Notes: a model not told the origin generated them from the sequence alone. A DNA stretch of 62,909 nt, filler included, from Reticulomyxa filosa (GCA_000512085.1; 23 parts of 23 records of this genome joined end to end with filler, not necessarily neighbours in it); one strand, 5' to 3'. Positions 49,194-62,819 are shown, numbered from the whole stretch's first letter. Numbers and translations are program-made.

Positions 49194-52010
49194 TATATAT
49201 TTGTACAAAACCTGAAGGGAAAGAATCAAAGAATAAAACGAGCTGCCATTTATCTTTTTGATTTGGAACAGGCGTGCAAGAGTGATGAGGAGACGTGTTG
49301 GAACGAATGGTGAATTGAACGAGACGCGAGTCTTGTGGGACGGACGAGGCTTCGACGCAATAGACAGGGAATGCGAGATAGACCACGGCCGAGTTAGGGA
49401 TAGTCGGCGTGCGGATGAACAATAGAAACCAATCCGACTCTTGACAACTGAACCACACTTGTTTCTTTTTCGTGTCTTTGCCGATAATCAGACAATTCAA
49501 GCACCGCGGAGAAACAGTGGACAACGATATTTGCAACCGAGGATAGTACTTCCAGTCGTTTCGACTTTCAAACGGAAATGTTACCAACCCACCTAACAAT
49601 TCCGATTTCAAACGGCTTATGTGAAGCAAATTTTGGATGTTCCGTTTTAACTTTTCTACTTTTTTTTGCCACTGTCGATCTATTTGTTTATAACATATAT
49701 ATAATGTATATATATATATATGTATATAATGTGTATTGTTTCATCCATCACATAATGAAGAAGAGACTGTGTACCAGCTCTTTCGTTATTGGAAGGATTT
49801 GTTCCTTTTTTACTTGCTTCGTCTGTTGTTTATTTGTGAGCTTAGAAGGAGGGGAGGAGAGAACGAGACAATATAAAAAAGAAACTGGTTGGCGAAAGGG
49901 GCTGTGGAGTGGTTGCAACGTCATTTGGTTTCTCCTGATGAAGGGTTGGTTCAACTGTCCAAGGTTTTGATATGTCGTCTTTTTTTGTTTCCGCCTGTGT
50001 TTCTTTATCATTGTTTGTGTTATTGTTATCACTGTTATTGTTATTGCTATTGCTATTATTATTATTGTTATTGTTATTGTTATTGCTACTGTTGTTGGTG
50101 TGACTCTCATGATCATGTTCGTCATTAAGATTGTATTCCTGTTCATGTTCATGTTCATGTTCATGTTCATGTTCATGCTCATGCTCATGTTCGTGTTCAC
50201 TTTGTTTGTTTGCACCATTTGCTTGTGCAGCTGCACTTTTTTCTTTTTGAGAGGATTGAGTTGTCGGCACAAACAACTGTGGCGGTAGAATTCGGATTGG
50301 ATTTGCAATTAATACTTCAATTTTCACTTCTACAAAACAAAACAAAAAAAAAAACAACTTTCGTAATTTTTTATTTTTTTCATTTGTGTGTTTGTTTCTT
50401 TGTGTCTTAACCCAAACGAAACGATGTTTAACAGCATTCCATTCCTCTTCCATCAACTCAATCAAAATGGACTCGGACCCACAGAAGTGGAGTGTGAGAT
50501 AATCTTGCACGCTGCGCTTGCTTGCCTCCCAAACCTTTTCCAATCGTCCAAATGTTCATTGGACAAGCCGTTGTTCGGCAAGGTCCGATCTTGTACCAAT
50601 TCCACTAACAATTCACCGATAACACGAATCTATAATTAATAATAATACACAAACATATATACGTATAATTGTTGATTTATTTAAAAAAATAAAAAAATAA
50701 AAATTAGTAAAGATAGCGACAAAACAGTAAAAACGCTCAATCGATCAAATTTCTCCAAAACAGATAACAAGAGATGGGCCACTTGAGTGGGATAAGTATT
50801 GATATCTTCGAAGCTACGAATGGGTATTTCCTTTGGAAAGTTTTTGTGGTCGTGTGCAATATCCGTTCCATTTGCCATTGGCACGGGTTTTTTTTCTTCA
50901 TCCCCTTCTTCATGTCCTTGGTTTTGACTTTGTGCTTTTCCTTTTTCTCTTTCTTTTTCTTTTTCTTTTTCATCTTCTTTTTCTTTTCTTTTCTTTTTCT
51001 TTTTCTTTTTCTTTTTCTTTTTCTACTTCTTCCTTTTTTTGATCAAGTGCACCCACCTCCAGTTTAGAGTCCAATCCCGCATGGACAGTCAGCTGATCGG
51101 GACGGACTTGGGAGTTGAACTCGAGTTCGTCCAGCCTGGTCGTGAGCACCTTTTGTTCCGGCAGCTGGTCGATCATGTTGCGGCCCGAGTTGGTGGCAAA
51201 CGAGTTGGTGGCAAACGACTTGGACGCTTTCCTGTTACCGCCTTCGAACAGTTGTCTCTTTCGAATCCGTTTTTGCGGACAGATTTCTGCCTCTATCAGC
51301 AAATCTTCCGAAGCTGCAGGATTCTGTGTACATTGCAAAAGAGAGCAAATAAATAAAGAAATATGATCAACAATACAAAACAAAACGCGTATTAAAGTTA
51401 AAATAAGAGCGGCAGTGGAAGCCATCAATTGCTCGTTGGCACGATCGCCGGGGTCAGAAGCCAAAAGGTGCATGAGCATATCCCGATACTCGTTGTGCTC
51501 TTCCAAAAGACTACTGTCGCTGTCCACCGGGTCAGACAGGTGAATCACGTCCATCGGACTCCGTGGAACTAAGTTTTGATCGCCGTCAACGACATTGCGA
51601 TAGTTTTCACTTCTTCCTTTCACTTTATACATATATACACATATACACATATATGTATATGTATATTTATCAAATAAATTTATATATGTATTTAACTTGA
51701 ATCATCGTGTTCCTCCGCTTTCACGGTGCAAAGATTGCCATCATTGTCGCTGCTGTAACTGATGGAGGAGCGCTTGGGCCTCCGCAGACACAGGATTTGC
51801 ACGACAGGGACGGTGGGCTTGACAGCGTTGGTGGGGGGTCTTGCGATAATTTGATTGACCAATTTGGGCGGGTTGGGATGCACGAGCACGACAATCAACG
51901 CGTTGACAAATCCTCCTTCGCTGAACACCTTCACCACTTGTGTCAACAAAAACAATGTCAGTTGTCTGTCGATCATTTTATTCCGTAGCACTTCCTGCTT
52001 TTCACGATGA
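49194..52010 (-). CDS. CLEC16A / TRANSPARENT TESTA 9 / GOP-1-like endolysosomal trafficking protein, internal exons
   Basis: LTLFLLTQVVKVF..FVNALIVVL, NEYRDMLMHLL, CSLLQCTQN...AEICPQKRIRKRQL, ELMEEEW, ANPIRILPP and C-terminal WQLVLFFD match recalled CLEC16A/TT9 segments in order. Confidence 0.65.
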
Positions 52011-52629
52011 CTGGAGGCACTTTGTTTGTCATTGTCATTGTCATTGTTATTATTATTATTATTATTATTNNNNNNNNNNNNNNNNNNNNNNNNNNNNNNN
52101 NNNNNNNNNNNNNTTAATTAATTAANNNNNNNNNNNNNNNNNNNNNNNNNNNNNNNNNNNNNNNNNNNNTTGTATTAATTTATGTTATTGTTCAAATAAG
52201 GGTTTAATTTGTGATGTTTTTTTAAAATTACTGCTATTTTGATTTCTTTTTTCAATTTAATTATGTTAAAATTTGGAATGTTATTTGTAAAAGAAATTAC
52301 AACAAGTATTCAAATATAAATAGAAATTTTTTAAAATAAAAAAAATCTGCATTACTATTTTTGATTGAAATGCATAATTCCAACAAAGAAAACAAGATGA
52401 AAGAGTTTGATGTTCTATTTTATACTTTATTGTTTACATTAGTATTTTTGAATAATAGAAAAGGAGAAACTCTGTATTCTAGATTATGACAAATTGTGAT
52501 TATACACAGGAATGCTACTTGAAGTATTTTTTATATTGATAACACATAATTATATAAAACAAATTAGAATTAAAAATCAAAACCAATAAATTGAAAAATA
52601 TAAAGTCATTATATTGATACATATTTTGT

Positions 52630-53773
52630 ATCTCTTTGGAACAACCACCAAAAGATCAAATATTAAGAGTAAATCGTTTATCTGTATTATCAGCTATGAC
52701 AAGTGCAAGAGAAAGATTAAAATTATATAATAAAGTACCTAAAAATGGTTTAGTTGTATATATATTGTGGTACAGTAATGACAGATTTTTGAGCCATTTA
52801 AACCTATAAATACATCATTATATTTATGTGATAATAAATTTCATGTAGAGCCATTAAATGAATTATTATAAAGTGATGATACATTTGGTTTTATATAATA
52901 ATGGATGGTAATGGTTGTTTATATGGTACATTTATCTTGGGATAGTACATGTAATATATTACAAAAATGTACAGTAGAATTACCTAAAAAAAAAAAAGCA
53001 TGTAGATTACGTAATGGGAAAAAGAAGACATAATTATTATACGTAAATATGCATAAAACTGCCACATAACATATTTTTATAACAAATGATTTACCTTAAT
53101 ATAGAAGGTTTTAATGCTTAGATGGTTAAAATTGTTGATACCTTCTTATGGTGGGTGAAAATGGTTTTTGATCAAGCTATTGAATTAAGTAAAAAGATGC
53201 TTTAGCTAATGTTAACATATTTGTTCGTGAAAAAAAAATTATTAATAGACTTTTGATTCAAGAAATTGCCAAAGATAATAATAAATATTTTGTTTTGGTT
53301 ATCGTGATACTATTCGTGCTATGGAAATGATGGGTGCTTTAGAAACTTGTATTGTTTGGGAAAATCTTGATCTTTTAAGAATACAAATTAAACATCCTTA
53401 TTCATAATGATGAAAAAAAAAAGAAATTTATCTTACACCTAAAGAACCACAAAATTATAATCATTTCTTAAAAAGATTATTCCACTGGTCTTATTTGGGA
53501 AATTATTCAATAAAATGAATTTCTTGAATGGGGCTTGCTTCACAATATAAAAATTATGGATGTAAACTAGAATTTGTTACTGATTGCTCACGAGAAGGTG
53601 CTCAATTTGTTAAATTTTGGCGGAATTGGAGGTATTATATATATACATACATATATATGTATATTTTTACTTTTTATACTTTATTATGTCTTTTCTTTTC
53701 CGTCAAATGCTTCCTGAGATATGCTGTCAACTTTGCTGAACTCGAGGACGCCATCGATGGCGACAATGATTAA
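52630..53773 (+). pseudogene. ERF1: Eukaryotic release factor 1, heavily frameshifted and internally deleted
   Basis: [100 protein letters not shown] and LRYAVNF occur in order but in shifting frames. Confidence 0.9.
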
Positions 53774-54634
53774 GATGAGGCCTGGATTTGACGCATTTGC
53801 AGCGAATCGCGCAGACACATTCAAAAGTGCAGAAACGAAAACAGGTTTGCGTCCGAAAACGCGTGGCAATTTTTTTTTTTGTGGAAAAATTTTTTTTCGT
53901 TTTTTTTTTTGAAAACAGTGTTGTTTCCTAGAATAAACATTCAAACAAACGCCAGAACCGAACAAGTTAAAAAAGTTCCCAAAGGGACACGTAATCTAAG
54001 AGACATTTATTGAGACAACACTGAATGAGGTGTTCTGTTTCTTTGAATACATCCAAAAAAAAAAATTTTCTTCAATTTACTTTCTTTTTCGTTTTTATGA
54101 TCGCGAAAAACGCACTGCAAATTCGTACTACGCGAATTTTTTTCCTGCAAAGGAGAAACCGCAAATCGGAAAAAAACGTTTTTGCAAACGAAATTTCATC
54201 AAAATAAAAGCGTTTACGTTTTTGACATTGAGGATAATTGGACTAACGTTCATTTTTGTTGAAAACGCTGAAATAATTAAAAATACCCTTACGACAGAAA
54301 AATGTTGTAATTCTTTTTTATCATTTGTAAGGGCATTCAAGCTGAGCTGTACAACCAGATAAAAAATTTGTCACAGTGCGACAAAAATAAATCGAATATG
54401 TAATAGTGATCAGAAACAACTTCAAATTGTTTTGTCAAATATTATGCAGTTTTCATTTGATGGTACTTACTTATTTCTTTCAAAAAAAAAAANNNNNNNN
54501 NNNNNNNNNNNNNNNNNNNNNNNNNNNNNNNNNNNNTTAATTAATTAANNNNNNNNNNNNNNNNNNNNNNNNNNNNNNNNNNNNNNNNNNNNAAACTTGT
54601 GATGGGAGCCCTTGTCCGATGAACCATCATCGAC

Positions 54635-55072
54635 TTATCCAAGCAAATTGATGCGATGTTGTGATATGTAAGTTTGAAAAACTGAAGAGACGATAAAGTT
54701 ATGTGACGGCAATCCGCCGTTTTCGCAACACACAACAAATGACTCCTTTTCAACAATCATCCAATACTGGAGATTGTCCGTCATGTCGCACATGTAAAAT
54801 GTCTCATGGTGATCCAAGTAGTCCAAATGCTCCTTATCTATCATTATCTCACGGGCCATTCGCAAATATTCCTGGACATACTTCAGACGGTGTTTGCTCT
54901 GACTCATTCTCACTGAAAGTTTCTGTGTCGTCTTTACTAAAGAGGAGATACACTCTTCTTCTTCTGAGGTTGAGAAACTTAAAAAATTGTATGAAGGACT
55001 GGATCTTATTTCTGACATTTTTCTTTGAAAAAGAAAAGGGAGATTTTTGTTGTTCTTAAGTACTGACAACAA
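54635..55072 (-). CDS. Hypothetical protein exon
   Basis: 145-aa open frame with coding-like composition, and possible upstream exons to about 55776. No homology recognised. Confidence 0.35.
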   Translation of the reverse strand: MLSVLKNNKNLPFLFQRKMSEIRSSPSYNFLSFSTSEEEECISSLVKTTQKLSVRMSQSKHRLKYVQEYLRMAREIMIDKEHLDYLDHHETFYMCDMTDNLQYWMIVEKESFVVCCENGGLPSHNFIVSSVFQTYISQHRINLLG

Positions 55073-56197
55073 AACTGTTTGCTAATGTTTCTGCATTTGA
55101 AACATCTTAAATATATTCATTTTCTATCAAAATTGCTCGTAGTTAACATTTTTTTGATTGATTGCACACATAATTGAAATAAACATCATTGCATTGAATT
55201 TCCAACAGATTTGTGTTGTTCTAAGCTGGTACAAGGACAATGTATGACATCTTTGATTTTTTCAAAAAATCGAATGTCTTTGAAATGGAGTGATTTGACA
55301 TAAGGGTATTTCAAAAAGTTGACAAAAAATTTATCACCATCACTCATTGCCAAATCATTGTTGTTTGGTGCGTTTTTTATGTTTGCATTTGTATTATATT
55401 TTTGCAATTGTTTCGCCGTTTTCAATGCATAACACCGCAATTGACCCAAAGTATATCTTATCTGCCACCTCTTTTCTTGGCTTCAACAAATGTTGTTTCC
55501 ATTGGTTCTTCCAATGCTCATTGGTTCATTTTGTGCTCTTCATTTTGCTCGGTGTAACTTATCTCTTGCACTTGTCCATTCTTTCGCTTTGCGTCGTTTC
55601 TTCGCTCGGCCCCATACCCCATATAAACATGTGTTGAGAGGCCAGGAATTTCTGATATACTTTCGCCAAGTCATTAAAAAATTGCCATGCGTGCAATGCT
55701 CTCTTAGTTTTTGCTGTCAAAAAAAAGATTGAGTTATCGCATACTTTCTGATGATGAGTCTGTTCGATTTTCCATGGCGATATTTGTTTTTTTCCGAAAA
55801 TGACACCGAACTTTAGAAATGAGTTTTTTTTTTTTTGTCACTGTTTTTTGAAGACGGATTGACCAAAATATTTTCTTTGAAGATACATACCAAAAAGAAA
55901 ATTTAGCACAATGTCAAATATAACTCTTCAAAGACGCGAATGCCTAACATACAGAAGCACACAAGATATTTCGAAAAAAAGTAGACGATAGCAATATAAA
56001 AGACGGAGTATTGATATGTTTCGAAAAAATACCGAACTTGCCCAAATNNNNNNNNNNNNNNNNNNNNNNNNNNNNNNNNNNNNNNNNNNNNTTAATTAAT
56101 TAANNNNNNNNNNNNNNNNNNNNNNNNNNNNNNNNNNNNNNNNNNNNAACATTGATACATTGAATATTTTTTTGTATTTGTTGTGTATTGAAAAAAA

Positions 56198-59100
56198 TGG
56201 TAGAACAAATCATCAAGTCAAATGAACAAATTGAAACTAACTTTATCCAAATTGAGTGATATATTGTATGGAGGGCTCACGACGGAGGAAAATGAATACA
56301 ACTTGACCAATCTAATTTGGCTGATTTGGTTTTTTTTTTTTTTTTTTTTTTCTTGTCTCTTTTTTTTTAGTAGTTGCAGGGCTCTTATTTGCTAGTATTA
56401 TAAAAGGGGGCTCCCAAGCATCAACCGTGTGTTTTGGTGCTTTATAGTACGTATCTTCAAGTGTGTGCACGACATGTTTCAAACTCCAGAGCTTTCCCAT
56501 TGAAACTTGTAAACTTAATGTGGGATTGTGTATCCAAACGAATCCCTCGAGTTTTGTTTTTTTTTTTTTTTTTGCTACCATTGTCACTATTACTGTTATT
56601 ATTTTTTCGTCTTCTGCAAAAAAAAAAAAAAATATATATATATGCATACTACGAGGGCTATATGTTTTTTTTTTTTTGTAGTTTACAAAGACGGCATTTG
56701 AAGCATTGTCCAGCGTGGTATCATTAGCAAAATACTTAAAACGATCCCAAACGCAAGTGCTGACAGTGAAATGGTTCGTGGACATGTGCTCGTACGCATC
56801 AGAAAACTTGAGTCGAAAGAAACCCGATTTCGAAACGAGACGTATGTTGGCGTTGTCGTGTATGAAATGCTTATTGGTGTGGATCCGAAATGACCCAGAC
56901 ATCCTCACTCACTTGGAAGCCTCAACCCAATTGCAATCGTTGATTCGAAAGAGCTTGACTGTTTACACTGATCCGCCCACTGGGTCCAATACCCCTTGGG
57001 AGACGGCCATGCATTCCAAGTCCCTTCAGGCAACCATGCAAGCCCGAAACAGCGTGCGAGACATCCGTGTTACTGCATTGTGCCTGGCCAGAGAGCTGAC
57101 CAATGACTTGGGAAGTTACACCGGAATCACAACCCAACCCTTGCAAAAATTCGGAGAAACTGCACTTGATGAGGTCGTTATATCATTTTTTTTTATTTTT
57201 ACTTTTAATAGATTTTACACATATGTATGTATGTATACATATATATGTGTACATATCATGTCATACACACACACAAAATTAGCGCCAAATTGAAGATTAT
57301 ATCTGGCGTGTTAACCACAAAATTTCGGCAAGTAACCAAAACAGCTCGAAATGGAACCCTGTCGATCGCATCCGCTTCTTCAGCTATCGACGAGAGCGCA
57401 TCTTTACCATAATCGAAATGCCCAGAATCGACGATGCGTCATCTTTGTTTGAGGACGTCCACCAAATGTCCAATGCCGAATGGAATGAGTCTCTGGAAGA
57501 TATGTCGTCTCCGATCAAGACAGTGAAACACGCGCCTACCATCACTGCCGAGAGCAGTCCCGCCAGTCCAAAAGGTAAAAGCGCTGTGTTGAATCGATGG
57601 AAGCACAGTGTGCACGTAGATAATAACAACAACATAACTACTACAACCACGTCCGCCAATAATGCGCCATCGCTGCCTACTTTATCTGATCAAAAACTGA
57701 GTAGTAGTAACAAGTCGCCGAGCGGCAAAGTGACGAATCCAGTGCCTTCTTGGGGATCGATCGTTGATTCGGACATCAAAAAGAAGTTGGAGCAATACCC
57801 ATGGAGAAAGCCACCGCTCTCTTCCTCGGAATTTGCCGACGAAAAAGAAATTGAAAATCATCAAAATAGTTATAAAAAAAACAGGACACAAAGGCACGCC
57901 TTTGCGATTTGATCATCTTAGTCAGAGATGGCTTTGGCAAGTACGCATGGGAGACCACATGTCATTACGATGACTTGCATGAATTGGCTCCTCCCATTCA
58001 AGAAGTGCAAAACAAAGCACCGAACCGAACACCCAAAGTTTTGTTTGTTTTGTTTTTTTTAAAAAAAAAAAAAAATTAAATGTATACATTGTATGTACAA
58101 GTAAGTGTTGCAAATGAAAAATGTGTCAGATACCAATGACTCAAGACGTATTTGCCGAAGCATTGACAAATTCGCAGACATTGGCCAAAGAAAAGAAATT
58201 CTTTGAAACGCAAGATAACGGCGCAATGGTAATGGAAAACGACGACGAAGACAAGAGCTCGGAGAGCAAGCCCTCGGAGAAAAGCAGTGGACATCGGTTT
58301 GCTCGCAATCGCACCACTCCCAAAACGGTGCCAATGAGTCCACATACGTTTGAAAGCCAAACCGAAAACAAAACCAAGTCCAAAGACGCATATTGGAGCA
58401 CGACGTATATCGGTGACAATTGGTTATTTGACTTAAAGCAGGATACCCAAATGAAGAACTTGATGGACATTATCCGATCTCAAGAGAATAACGAATCACA
58501 GGTCGTTCAATATCATAGTCGCTTCCAAGGAAAAAGCAATAGCTTCGAAAGTGCAAATGCTATGAATGTCAGCGCCAATGACATGACGAATAAAAAGGCA
58601 CTGACTCCGAAAAGTCCTTCCAACAAAATAGACACAGAAGCAAATACCAGCAAAGAGCCACCTTTTATGGATCGCATCAACATTTATAGCGCAAACAAGC
58701 CACCGCCTCCACCGAATGCGGATGATGCCTCTACCTTTGTCAATGGCCGACGATTGCTGAGTACGTTGGGACTGCTCAAATATCACCTGCCATTGCAGAC
58801 ACGAGACAGAGACTTGGAAATTTTGGATGTCGAATGGAATAACAATAACAGCAACAACAATAACAACAGCAGTGGCAACGCGGATAACAGTGGTACCACT
58901 ACAAATGATACGGATGCGTCACTCTCGAAAAGCAAAGTGATTACCTCGAATGGTGGCAATGGTGGTGACAATGTCAGCAATAACGACAACAGCAATTCGA
59001 GCACAGGCAGATATGATCTTCGGTCCATGCTAGATTCGTTAGACAAAATATCGATGTTGGATCAATTGGATGTGGCAATCGTCGTCCATGACACGAATAA

Positions 59101-60272
59101 CGACAAAAATTTGCCGTCGGAAGAGCTGCAGTTCAGTGATATCGATATGCTTCGTGCCAGCGATTTGAAGAGTCATTCCAGTGAATTTAAATATTTCATG
59201 AACAAATTGTGCAATCACGTGGACTTGGATGGACACACTGGATACACGGGAGGCATCACCAAACACGATTGCAAGCGCATCTTTTACTATGCCAATAGTA
59301 CACATGAAATTGTCTTTCATGTCCCGTCTGCTATGACCAAGGTTGACCTTAATCGTAAAAAGGATATGTATTTATCCGCGCCGATTCGAATTATTTGGTC
59401 CAAGTCCAAGGCGCCCATTTTCCTATCCACGCAATTCAAGCCTTCTCAAAGGTTAATAAGACAAAAGGGAAGGATATTTGAGCATTATTTTTTATATATG
59501 ATATGTATACATATTTCTCATTTTATTTATTCTTGTTGTTATTTCTTTGTTTTTTCAGATTTAAGAGACCCGATACGCCTGTCATTTACATTCGCTTGAC
59601 GCCATTGGAGAGTGGTCTTTACAGAGTTTCTATTCAAGGAGATATGGTACTGGAATATTTGCAAGGCAAGAGAAAGTTTACTTCGGACAATGCTGATGTT
59701 AAATGCAAAAAAGACATAAATGAGAGAGAGAGAGAAAAAAAGTGTGTAAATATTTGTGATTTAAATATACCTAGATGTACATGACCTCTGAACTGACGGG
59801 AAGACTTGCCGGCCCCGAGATCCCAACAACAGGAATGTCAAAGCTCATTATTGGGCCTTTGCTTGATTCAATGGTTGTGTCTGAAAGCATTCTTCCTCAT
59901 TTACTAAGAGAAACTGTTGTGAACGCTGCACATTTGATTTCGGAGGAAACTGTTACGTGTACCATTTGTCTTTATTTTTCGTTTTCGATTTTGTTTTAAG
60001 AAATAAATATATTTGCGTGCACATGTATGTACATATTTGTCAATCTATAACAGAATGAATGTCCCATCTATGAATCACTGTTGATGCGACAACAAATGAT
60101 TTTACAAATGTCAACCGACTTCTGTCGCTTCAGCCCCAACGAAAATGCAGAATATTTCAAACATTTTTTCGTTGAACCCAAACAAACAAAAAAACACAAA
60201 CAAGAGAGGGTCTCACGCTCGAAATTAGGTCAGCTCAAATCAACCATTACTACAACTGAAGACATGGATTAA
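56198..60272 (+). CDS. RalGAP/tuberin-like protein with C-terminal Rap-GAP fold, multi-exon, 5' partial
   Basis: GRRLLSTLG, LDSLD, SEFKYFMNKLCNHVDLDGHTGYTGGI, YYANSTHEIVFHV, IRIIWS, IRLTPLESGLYRVSI and IGPLLDSMVVSESILPHLLRETVVNA. Confidence 0.85.
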
Positions 60273-60923
60273 TTGAAAATGTTAGGTTTGTGGAACAAGA
60301 GGGAAATGGTTTGTTGTGTTGCGCAAGGAAGAGTGAGACAAAAGAGGAGAGAACAAAAAGTCTTTTTTTTTTAAAATGACATTACTCATGCCAGCGTCGA
60401 ATGATTGATGAATATGCGAGAATGTCTCATTGTAAATGCTGTTTTTTTTTTGTTCTTACTTCTTCTTGTGTTCACGCCTTTGCTTTGTATTTTGATCCTT
60501 GTCGGCTTTCTTTGAATCTGGAGAAAATTTCGAAACGTATTAATCCTGCATCGATTTTTTATTTTTTATTTGTTTTTATGTTGGTGTGACTTTTTTGACC
60601 GCCTCGTTTTCGGATATTGTCCTTCTCCCAATCGCTTTTTTTTTTGTTTCCTTTCCCCTCCCAATGTATCTTAATAAACTATCAAAATCTTGGCTGTTGG
60701 TCATGTCTTCCTCGAGAGTAGATACTTCCATGAATGTGTTCGGCCTGGAATCTGCACTCTTGACTTTTTGTTTCCAAAGATGGATTTTTTTAGAGGCATT
60801 GAATAATTTCTTTTTGTGGCGTTGATAACTTTTCAAAAGAAGTACCTTTATTTGTATGTTCATACGCATGTGCAGACTCCCAAATTTTAATGTTGTCCAT
60901 ATAAATTCACTCATTGATAATAT

Positions 60924-61607
60924 ATGGAAAAACAATTAGATTTTTTGTCTAATAGTTCTTTGGCAGAGTTTCAGAAATTTATTGAAAACCTGGAAGATGC
61001 AGAATGCGAACAAGTACATGGTTTGATACACGACCTGATTGAAAAGACAAACGCCATGGAATCATCAGCACGTAAGACATCTCTTTATTTTATAAATTTG
61101 TTAAACAGTAACGATGACAAAAATAGTGGGATGACGGTGGTGGTTGGGGAACACAAAAAATGGATAAATCAGAAGCAGTGGACCAGACAAAATGGTCGAC
61201 GACGAAGGAGAGCACGGAGAAAACGAGAACAAAAGGGAGCGGTAAAAGCAGAGAAAGTAACGGAAGCAATAGCAACAATAATAATAACAGTAACAGCAAT
61301 AATAACAGTGGCAAGACAATAACGGAGGAGAGCAAAGCAAACAAAAGAAGCAAAAAATCAGGAAAAGAGAAAAGGCCAAAGAAGTCGAAGAAGACAAAAA
61401 AAGCGAAAGAAAAAAGCCCGACAAAAGAAAAGGAAGAAAGCGAATCGAAAACAGAAAGGGAAGCATGGGAAGATATATCCTCGGTTTCCAGTTTGCATTG
61501 GAGTGATGACAGCGAATCACAAGTTAGGAAGAGACACATTTCAATCAAAGAAAAGAAAGTTGCAACAAAAAAAAGACAAAGAAGAAAAAGAAGAAGAAGA
61601 AGAAGAA
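60924..61607 (+). CDS. Hypothetical Lys/Glu/Ser-rich protein, 2 exons, 3' partial
   Basis: Helical acidic first exon, donor C|GTAAG at about 61072, then the 61160 frame remains open to the contig end. Confidence 0.5.
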
Positions 61608-61719
61608 NNNNNNNNNNNNNNNNNNNNNNNNNNNNNNNNNNNNNNNNNNNNTTAATTAATTAANNNNNNNNNNNNNNNNNNNNNNNNNNNNNNNNNNNNN
61701 NNNNNNNTTTGTTGGATAT

Positions 61720-62160
61720 ACTGATCATATCTTACCCATGTCAATAATATCTATTTATTTATATACTGCGATCCAGATTTTGCACAGACATGAAAGAAGA
61801 GAAGAAAGTGAAACAGAGTTTTATTATAAATTAAAAGGAGTGATATTAGAAAATATTGAAAATGAAATTAAAGTAGGTTTTTTTTTATCAGTTATGTACA
61901 AACTTGTGACAATATACAAATTGCACAAATATCCAGAAGTAATGAGGGATGTATTTTACATTTTCATCCTTCCATGAGAAGAGCAAATATAATATTTAGC
62001 TGTGATATGCCACGCCAATATGGACGTGAAATTTTGTTTGCAAGATCTTTTGTACATTTTGATATGAATGCAAAAGCAATGATTGAAACAAACAAATGGA
62101 ATGCAAAAGTAGAAAGTGAAAATAAATATACACAAATGACCAATTTAGTGTCATGTACAA
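61720..62160 (+). pseudogene. ADP-ribosyltransferase (R-S-E type)-like domain relic, frameshifted
   Basis: EFYYKLKGV...GFF, then a frameshift in a T-run, then ISYVQTCDNIQIAQISRSNEGCILHFHPSMRRA..SCD...YGREILFARS. The spacing fits the YxG / STS / ExE motifs, but all three are degenerate. Confidence 0.45.
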
Positions 62161-62183
62161 ACATAACATTAATCTATATCTTA

Positions 62184-62310
62184 CAGTATGTTGCAAAGAA
62201 AACTAAACGCTTAAAACGATATCTTATGATGATAATTGATTTTCTCCATGAAAAATCAATTATCATCATAAGATATGTTTTAGGCGTTCAGTTTTCTTTG
62301 CAACCTACTG
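62184..62310. mobile_element. 127-bp palindromic MITE, TA|CAGT...ACTG|TA
   Basis: The left arm CAGTATGTTGCAAAGAAAACTAAACGCTTAAAACGATATCTTATGATGATAATTGATTTT is the near-perfect reverse complement of the right arm. The spacer is a few nt, with TA on both sides. Confidence 0.9.
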
Positions 62311-62819
62311 TATTTCATTAACACATGCAAAGTTTACTTTTTCTTTTATGTTGTTTCAATTTTATATTTTGTTTTTTATTTTATTTGAAAGATTATTCTT
62401 ACATATTTTTTTTAATATCAAAACAAAGCATTATACACTTTTTTTAATTGTTTTATTTTTGAATCATTCAATTTTGTTTTGCATTTTTTTTTATTTGAGC
62501 TGTTTTATTGCAAACTTTCCTGATGTTGTCGAAAAAACTTTATTTGTCAATTTTTTTAATTTTGTGCTTTTATTATTAATGTCAATATTTAACTTTTGCA
62601 TAACTCTTCTTATTGCATCTTTCATTTGTTTCAAAACATTCAGAACAGTTTCATCCATATGCATATTAATAAACATCAAATTTCTAATATGTAGGCATTT
62701 CGTCGTCGGCAGCGTAATCACAGTATGGCTGAATGTGAACATACTTAGGAATGACAAAGGTCGCAGTTTGACAATGACGTCGTTGTTCAACAAAAAAAAA
62801 AATTATCTCAATATTTCAA

